This document shows, piece after piece, positions 26,045 through 32,000 of a DNA stretch of 32,000 nt (positions within the stretch are counted from its first letter, which is position 1; each line of letters opens with the position of its first letter). The DNA lies in NCBI GenBank assembly GCA_900234795.1, contig LT962688.1, positions 180,001 to 212,000 of the forward strand, given 5' to 3'. Position numbers and translations under genes: made by a program. The notes under the pieces are model-generated. The model worked only from the letters and a program-made list of their open reading frames with translations, was not told the DNA's origin and searched no databases. Source of the stretch: Methylorubrum extorquens (GTDB lineage: Bacteria > Pseudomonadota > Alphaproteobacteria > Rhizobiales > Beijerinckiaceae).

Positions 26045-26072
26045 AGCCCTGGACAATCGTCCGGGGCTTTTT
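26045..26072 (+). terminator. Rho-independent terminator
   Basis: 10-bp stem AGCCCTGGAC / GTCCGGGGCT (one G-U pair), 4-nt loop AATC, and a T-tract at 26068-26072. Confidence 0.65.
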
Positions 26073-26152
26073 GGTTCTCTGGGCTGCCCTTCGGAACTCA
26101 GATGCTTGAGCCGATGAGGATCGCGCCGTCACCCGTTCTCTGTAACCTCGCC

Positions 26153-26656
26153 TCAGTTCCGAAGCGCCGGCTCCAGCGGTAGCGGTCGCAGCGTGACCGG
26201 TTGGCCCATGAACGCGGCGGTGAACGGGCGGCCGTTCTGATCGAGCGTGACGCTGTCGGGGGCGATGCCGGTGATGCGCCAGTTGTCCCGTCCCTCGCCG
26301 CGGCCGAGCCAGCGCTCGTCACCGCTCCCGTCGTCGATCAGCACACGGGCCTTGCCGCCATCGACGACGATTCCGCGCACCGTCAACACCGGGCGGCGCG
26401 GCTCGCCTTCGAGGATCGCGGCCCGGCTTCCTCGCGCGGTCCAGTCGCGTCGGCCGGGATCGAACAGGGGCCGGCGCAACGCCGCGCCGCTCGAAGCGGC
26501 GCCGGGTTGCGAGTCGAAAGGCCGTGCGGGGGCCTCCGGCGCCGGCTCAACCCCGATCGGCCAAGCGGAGGCAGCCAACGCCGCGGCACAGGCGAGCCCG
26601 AAGACCGCACGCGGCAGCGGGCGGGTCGCGCCGAGGGCACGTCGGACACCCGTCAC
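26153..26656 (-). CDS. T2SS periplasmic component, GspN/GspC (PilP-type HR domain)-like
   Basis: GTG 26656 overlaps the gspM stop (GTGA). It has an N-terminal TM (AVFGLACAAALAASAW). The C-terminal LTVRGIVVDGGKARVLIDDGSGDERWLGRGEGRDNWRITGIAPDSVTL resembles the GspC/PilP HR fold pattern. Position follows gspL-gspM. Confidence 0.55.
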   Translation of the reverse strand: MTGVRRALGATRPLPRAVFGLACAAALAASAWPIGVEPAPEAPARPFDSQPGAASSGAALRRPLFDPGRRDWTARGSRAAILEGEPRRPVLTVRGIVVDGGKARVLIDDGSGDERWLGRGEGRDNWRITGIAPDSVTLDQNGRPFTAAFMGQPVTLRPLPLEPALRN

Positions 26657-27183
26657 GGCGTCGCTCCCGGCGCCGGTGGCGGGATCAGGACGCCGCGGGC
26701 GGTCAGGGTCGCCCGCATCACCGTTAGCCGGCCGGTCTCGCGATCCGCCGCGCGCTCGATGCCGAGTTCGGCCTCTTCGACAGCGACGAGCGGCGATTCC
26801 GTCTCGAGCGCGTGCAGCAGCCCGTGCAGCCCCTCCGCCGTGCCCCGGACGGAGGCGCGCAGGCGCGGAAGGGTGGGGCGGTCGGGATCGGCTTCGATGT
26901 CGTCGCGCTCGACCACCGCCGCCCGTGCGCCGGCCAGGCTCTCGAGGCGCTGGCGGAAGATCGCAAGCAGTTCCTCTCCGCTTGAACCGGCAAGCGGTAT
27001 CGGCAGCGGCGGACGCGACGCGGCGGCGCGGGCGCGGTCGAGCCGCTCGCGGCCTACCTCGATCTGCGCGGCCGCCTCGACCGCCTCGCCGATCGGGCCG
27101 GCGACGAGCGCGAGGATCAGGCCGACAGCGAGCACGCCGAACAGGATCGGCCGGGCTTGGCCCTCCACGAGCGGCATCCTCAC
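26653..27183 (-). CDS. gspM: Type II secretion system protein M
   Basis: 176 aa with an N-terminal TM (ILFGVLAVGLILALVAG) and a helical periplasmic domain. The start overlaps the gspL stop. Order is L-M-N. Confidence 0.6.
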   Translation of the reverse strand: MRMPLVEGQARPILFGVLAVGLILALVAGPIGEAVEAAAQIEVGRERLDRARAAASRPPLPIPLAGSSGEELLAIFRQRLESLAGARAAVVERDDIEADPDRPTLPRLRASVRGTAEGLHGLLHALETESPLVAVEEAELGIERAADRETGRLTVMRATLTARGVLIPPPAPGATP

Positions 27184-28271
27184 GGCCGGGTTCCTCGGCC
27201 GGCGCGGGGCAGCTCGACGAGGAGCCGCAACCGTCCACCCGCATCGGGTTGGGACAAGCGCAACGTCGGCGCCGCGAAGCCCGGCAGATGCGCCAGCGCG
27301 GCAAGCGGCGTGGCCTCGTCCGAGGCCGTCAGGGTGAGGTAGGCGCCCTCCGCGTCGAGGCGCAGCGATGCCGCCGCGACCGTGTCGGGAAGCGCTTGCG
27401 CCACCGCGTCCCAGGCCTCGACGACCGGCGGCGCGCGTCCGGACAGGATCGCGGCGGCCCCCGCCCGGAGGGGCGCCTGGACCGCCGGACCGGACGCCCG
27501 CCGCGCCGCGGCGAAGGCGGCGTCCAGGGCGGCGAGCGTTGCCTCCTGATGCCGGCGAAAGCCCCAGAAGGCGCCGAGCAGGAGCAGGAGCGCGCCGGCG
27601 ATCAGCGCGAGGTCGCCTCCACGTCCGCCGCCCGTGAAACTCTGGAGGGCCCGGTGTCCCCCGGTGAGAAGATCGAGCGGCAGGCTTCGCGCCTCGTCCC
27701 TACCAACCGTCACCGGACCAGCGGCGATGCCGGCCTGCGCGAGGGCGGCGAGGAGCGGATCGAGCCGCGTCCGCTTGAGCACGACGTGGCGCACGCGGAT
27801 CGTGCGCGCCTGCGCATCCTCGCCCTCGACGTACCAATCGCTGTGCACGCTCTCCGCCCGGAACGGTGTCGCCGCCTCCAATTCCTGCGCCAGCACCGCG
27901 CGCATCCGCGGCAGCACGGCGCTCGGAAGGTTCAGGGTGCGCACGAAACAATAGGCCGGATCGACGAGGATCTTGGCCCTCACACCGGCCTGTCCGCCGC
28001 GGATCGCCGCCAGCCGTTCACCGAAGTCGTCGGCCGCCGGATCGAGCCGGTGGGAGCGGGCCTCCCCGGCACGGCGGTCGATCAGGATCAGCCCGGTTTC
28101 CGCGGGCGCCCCGAGGCGGATCGTCAAGACAGCAGGAGCGCGGTCGCGCCGCGTGTCACTCAGGCCGAGCCAATGGGCTGCCGTATCGAGACCGTCCCGC
28201 AGGGCCGCCCGACCGCTTGCCCGCAGCGAGGAAAGCGCGCGCCCGGACGCGGCGGTTTCGGTGGCACTCAC
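27180..28271 (-). CDS. gspL: Type II secretion system protein L
   Basis: 363 aa. The cytoplasmic domain carries the LPSAVLPRMRAVLAQELEAATPF...VHSDW pattern typical of GspL/PilM-N-like proteins, followed by a single central TM (LALIAGALLLLLGAFWGF) and a periplasmic C-terminal domain. GTG start. Confidence 0.65.
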   Translation of the reverse strand: MSATETAASGRALSSLRASGRAALRDGLDTAAHWLGLSDTRRDRAPAVLTIRLGAPAETGLILIDRRAGEARSHRLDPAADDFGERLAAIRGGQAGVRAKILVDPAYCFVRTLNLPSAVLPRMRAVLAQELEAATPFRAESVHSDWYVEGEDAQARTIRVRHVVLKRTRLDPLLAALAQAGIAAGPVTVGRDEARSLPLDLLTGGHRALQSFTGGGRGGDLALIAGALLLLLGAFWGFRRHQEATLAALDAAFAAARRASGPAVQAPLRAGAAAILSGRAPPVVEAWDAVAQALPDTVAAASLRLDAEGAYLTLTASDEATPLAALAHLPGFAAPTLRLSQPDAGGRLRLLVELPRAGRGTRP

Positions 28272-28462
28272 GGGGGCAGCGCTCCCTGAACGGCGCGGGC
28301 GCCGGAGAGGAGTTGTTAAGCGTGGCGGCGTTTATGTCAGCTTAATGCGCCGGCCCGCGCCGCCGACGACTGTTTACGCGGTGCGATTCTGGCGCCGTGG
28401 ATTGGAGCAGCCCGCCTGCGCGGACAAGGCGATTACGAAAGACCTGCCTTGGAGGCCGGACA

Positions 28463-28708
28463 ATGTTGAGCGTCTGGGGATCGAAGAGCCGTCGGCGGCG
28501 GATCCTGCAGGACCGGCGCGGACGGGACCGGCACGGGTGCGGCGCTGCGGAGGCCTTCGTCGAAACGCTCGCCGCGTCGGAGGTTCTCGACGCCGCCGGC
28601 CGCGAGCGCGCGCTGGCCGCTCTCGATCGCCCCGGCCGCCGACCGCTGCCCGTGCTGCTCACCGAACTCGGCCTCATCCACGAAGCGGGCCGCTCGCCGC
28701 CGCGCTGA
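28463..28708 (+). CDS. 81-aa ORF resembling only the N-terminal (N1E/MshEN-like) domain of a GspE ATPase
   Basis: GGAGG lies 8 nt upstream of ATG 28463. FVETLAASEVLDAAGRERALAALD...LLTELGLIHEA follows the helical pattern of T2SSE_N domains. No ATPase domain follows. Confidence 0.3.
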   Translation: MLSVWGSKSRRRRILQDRRGRDRHGCGAAEAFVETLAASEVLDAAGRERALAALDRPGRRPLPVLLTELGLIHEAGRSPPR

Positions 28709-28810
28709 TCCGGCCTTGAGCCAAACTTATCAAATGTCAATCGGTCGTTAACCATAAGTAGCTAGCGTCACCGCCACCAGCAACCAGCGGCATCGAGGTC
28801 GAGCGGAGGC

Positions 28811-31187
28811 ATGGCGATTCGTGCACATGTCCTCGCGCTGACATTCGGGCTGGCTCTCGGCCCATCCGGCGCAGCCTTCGCCGCCGAGCCGTTGTCGGGG
28901 CCCGGCTACGGCCCGCGGCCCTCGGGTGGATTCATCCTTCGCGGGAACGACCGGTTCATCGCCGGGGAGGCTCCCGCGGCGCAGGCGCTTCCGGGCGGCC
29001 TCGTCAGCCTCAACCTCGTGGAGGCCCCTCTGCCGAATGCCGCCAAGGCGGTGCTCGCCGACACGCTGGGCCTCGGCTACACCCTCGATCCGCAGGCCAC
29101 CGGCACCGTCACGCTCCAGACCGGCGGTGCGGTCACCCGCGAGGCGCTGCTGCAGATGTTCGAGGCGGCGCTGGCGAGCCGCGGGCTCGTGCTGCGCCGC
29201 CGCGGACGCATCGCCCAGATCGCCCCCGCCGCCACCGACCCGAACGCCGTGCGCGCGGTGCGCGGCCCGGCCGCGGAAGCCGGCGCCGTCGCCGTGCCCC
29301 TGCGCTGGGTCTCGGCGGTCGAAATGCAGGCGATCCTGACATCGGTCGCACCCCGCGACGTGGTGCTTCGGGCCGACCGGGCGCGCAATCTCCTGATCCT
29401 CAACGGCGACGCGACCCAGATCCGCGCCCTGCGCCAGACCATCGAGATGTTCGACGTCGATTGGATGCGCGGCATGTCCACGGCGATGCTGCCGGTGCGC
29501 AGCGCCAGCCCCGTCACGCTCGCCCGCGACATGACGCAGATGTTCGGGGGCGAGGCCGCTGGCACCGGGGACGTGATCCGCTTCATCCCCAACGAGGCGC
29601 TGAGCGCCATCCTCGTGGTGAGCTCGCGCGCCGTCTATCTCGACCGCGCCCGCGTGATGCTGGAGCAGATGGAGGTGCTCGCGGCCGAGCGCGAGCGCCA
29701 GCTCTTCGTCTACCGCATCCAGAATCGCTCGGCCCGGGAACTCGCAGCGGTGCTCCAGGGTGTGGTCGCCGCGGAAACAGGCGCCCCCGTGAACGTCTCG
29801 TCGGGCTCCGGCGCCGCGCAGGCCGGCCTGGGCGGCGGCTTCGCCCAGGGTGCGGGCGCGATGCCGGGCGGACTCGCAGTCGGATATGGCGGCCCCGGCG
29901 GCTCGGGATATGGCGGCTTGAGCGGCTCGGCGGGACAGTCCGGCGCAGGTGCCCCGTACGGTGCCGGCTACGGAACTGACGCCGCGACGGGCGGTGCCGG
30001 TGGCACGGGCGCCTACGGAAGCACCGGGTCCATGCCCGGCATAGGATCCGCGGGGGGCATGTCCCCCATGGGCGGCATGGACGGAACCGGGGGCCTGCCC
30101 GCAGCGTACGGCGCCGCGCCGGCCGCCTACGGTGGCGGCTACGGTGCCGAGACGGGCATGGCGGGGGTACGGCGGGGCCTACGGCGCCCGCCGCGACGCC
30201 ATCGGCGTCGTCGCCGACGAGGCCAACAGCAGCCTCGTGATCTCGGCTACCCGCAACCAGTACGACAAGATCCTGCGCATCCTCGGCCGGCTCGACGCGA
30301 TGCCGACGCAGGTTCTGCTCGAGACCGTAATCGCGGAGGTGACGCTCAACAACGAGCTTCAGTTCGGCGCGCAGTGGTTCCTCAAGAACAGCGGTTCGCG
30401 CTTCAACCTGGCCCAGGCGGACACCAACCGCAGCGTCGCCCAGGGTACGAGCGGCACGGATGCGCTGATCAAGGCCGCCGCGCGGGGCGTGCCGGGCTTC
30501 AACTACCTGCTCAACGCCTCCGACTTCAACGTCGTGCTCAACGCCCTGCAGGGCGTGACGCGTGTCAACGTCATCTCCTCGCCCAACATCACCGTGCTCG
30601 ACAACCGCACCGCCAAGCTCCAAGTCGGCGATCAGGTGCCGATCGTGCGTCAGAGCGGCCAGAGCGCGTTCGCGGCGGGTGCGCCGATCCTCAACCAGAT
30701 CGAGATGAAAGATACCGGCGTGATCCTGTCGGTGACGCCGCGGGTGAACAAGAACGGCCTCGTGGTGCTCGACATCAACCAGGAGGTCAGCGACGTCGTG
30801 AAGACCACGACCTCGGAGATCAACTCGCCGACCATCCGTCAGCGCCGGGTCGCGACCAGCGTGGCGGTGAATGACGGCCACAGCCTCGCCATCGGCGGCA
30901 TGGTGCAGGAGAAGGCACAGATCACCAACGAGAGCGTGCCCCTCCTGGGCGATTTGCCGATCGTCGGACCCGCCTTCCGCAACCGCATCGACGGGCGCGT
31001 GCGCACGGAGTTGATCGTGTTCATCCGGCCGAAGGTGATCCGCGGCACCGTCGAGGCCGACCGCATCGCCGAGGATTTCCGCCAGCAATTCCGGGCGATG
31101 ATGCCGATCCGCCCGGTGCCGGCACCCCTGCCGATGGCCGCCATGCCGATCGGGCCGGACGGCGTGCTGCGCCGGATGATCGACTGA
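28811..31187 (+). CDS. gspD: Type II secretion secretin GspD, reading frame broken once (28811..30166 frame 2, 30168..31187 frame 3)
   Basis: Signal peptide, N0-N3 domain-like repeats (LVEAPLPNAAKAVLADTLGLGYTL; VPLRWVSAVEMQAIL; LFVYRIQNRSARELAAVLQ). The secretin domain reads VLLETVIAEVTLNNELQFGAQW...NVISSPNITVLDNRTAKLQVGDQVPI...VPLLGDLPIVGPAFR. Skipping one G of GGGGG 30163-30167 restores MAGYGGAYGARRDAIGVVADEANSSLVISAT. Confidence 0.85.
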
Positions 31188-31324
31188 TCCGCTCAGGCGT
31201 TCAGCCCGCCCAAGCGGTGAACGACCACGCGCTTCAAAGCCGCCAAGCCTAACGCGTCAGAGGGCCCGACCGGCGAAGGACGACCCTGGAGGGAGACACA
31301 ACGCGCCCGCGGATCGCATCGCGC

Positions 31325-32000
31325 TCATCGTCCCCCGATCCATTCAATGACGCCGGAGGCCGAGCGGAATTCTTCGAGGGCATGGACCCGCGCCTCGGGG
31401 AGCGCATTACGGGCCATGGTCGCGAGGGCATGGCCGGGGCCGAGTTCCAGCACGGTGTCGCAGCCGTACTCCCGGCAGGCGTCCAGGCAGGCCGCCCAGT
31501 CGATGGTGTGCGAGATCTGGCGCGCGAGCTTCGAGAGCCCCGCTCGGACGTCAAAGACGGGCGCGCCGTCCAGACCGCTGATCAGCCGGGGAGCGCCCGG
31601 CGGGGGGCGCAGGGGTTGCACCTCGGCGAGAGCCGCTTCGAAGCGCTGGCTGGCCTCGCGCAGCAGGGGCGTATGCGAAGGGGTGCGCACCTGCAGAACC
31701 ACAGCGCGCAGCGCACCGGCCGCCAGCGCCTCGACGCAGAGTGTTTCGAGCGCCGGGCTCGGGCCGCCTATGACGGCGCTGTCGCTGGCGTTGCGGATGG
31801 CGAGTTCGCAGCCCTGCGCCGCCGCCAGGGTCTCGATCGCCGCGATCGGCAACCCGCGGATGCCGGCGAGGCCGGCGCCGTCACCGGCGGCCGCATCCAT
31901 GGCCTCGGCGCGCGTCGCGGCCAGGCGCAGGATCGTCTCGGCGTCGAAGCGGCCGGCGCAGCCCCAGGCGGCAAGATCGCCGATGCTGTAGCCGGCGACG
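31325..32000 (-). CDS. Acyl-carrier-protein S-malonyltransferase family protein (FabD/MdcH-like), 5' end outside window
   Basis: The frame stays open to the window edge and reads VAGYSIGDLAAWGCAG (GxSxG nucleophile elbow without the FabD His, as I recall for MdcH), ...VRTPSHTPLL..., ...LELGPGHAL. Confidence 0.7.
   Translation of the reverse strand, partial: VAGYSIGDLAAWGCAGRFDAETILRLAATRAEAMDAAAGDGAGLAGIRGLPIAAIETLAAAQGCELAIRNASDSAVIGGPSPALETLCVEALAAGALRAVVLQVRTPSHTPLLREASQRFEAALAEVQPLRPPPGAPRLISGLDGAPVFDVRAGLSKLARQISHTIDWAACLDACREYGCDTVLELGPGHALATMARNALPEARVHALEEFRSASGVIEWIGGR

Noticed and set aside
26201-28289. Long plus-strand ORFs (378 and 680 aa) overlapping gspN/M/L, and the 501-aa minus ORF 29583-31088 overlapping gspD
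   Set aside because: Extremely Arg/Pro/Ala-rich nonsense-like sequences antisense to genes with clear T2SS signatures. These are stop-poor shadow frames in GC-rich DNA.
1-32000. CRISPR arrays, rRNA genes, IS elements with terminal inverted repeats, reverse transcriptase / DGR or retron components
   Set aside because: Scanned by eye on both strands. No regularly spaced direct repeats, no transposase or RT-like ORFs and no rRNA-like segments were seen.

Overview
High-G+C bacterial DNA. Composition and protein families suggest an alphaproteobacterium, possibly Rhizobiales/Methylobacterium-like; this is inference only.

Positions 1-18.9 kb are the late (tail + lysis) arm of a lambda-like siphovirus prophage on the + strand. 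It carries a tail tube gene, a G/GT-type chaperone pair with a textbook A_AAA_AAC -1 slippery site, and a 1172-aa tape measure with an embedded SLT lytic-transglycosylase domain. These are followed by an M-, L-, K-, I/J-like tail-tip module, fibre-associated genes and a lysozyme/holin/membrane-protein lysis cassette.

The tail-tip module is interrupted twice by visibly lower-G+C cargo. One insert is a TadG/TadE-like Flp-pilus protein gene (6.3-7.7 kb) between the L-like and K-like genes. The other is an opposite-strand three-gene cassette ending in a canonical PilZ (c-di-GMP receptor) gene (8.3-9.2 kb) between the K-like and I/J-like genes.

Positions 18.9-25.9 kb are accessory/regulatory DNA: a Cys-rich small ORF, a small secreted protein, an RhlB-like GT1 glycosyltransferase with an AraC regulator, a PraR/PhrR-like XRE regulator, and two arrays of tightly coupled small ORFs. 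A tRNA 3' fragment (anticodon loop to CCA) plus a strong terminator at 25.97-26.07 kb looks like the attR end of the integrated element.

Positions 26.15-31.2 kb are chromosomal. They hold a split type II secretion subset (gspL, gspM and a GspN/C-like gene on the - strand, divergent from gspD), followed by the 3' part of a FabD/MdcH-type acyltransferase gene.

Six reading-frame breaks (five in the host-specificity/fibre gene, one in gspD) can each be repaired by deleting one base from a short homopolymer. This points to systematic indel error or, less likely, real decay.

All family assignments come from motifs recognised by eye; no database search was possible.
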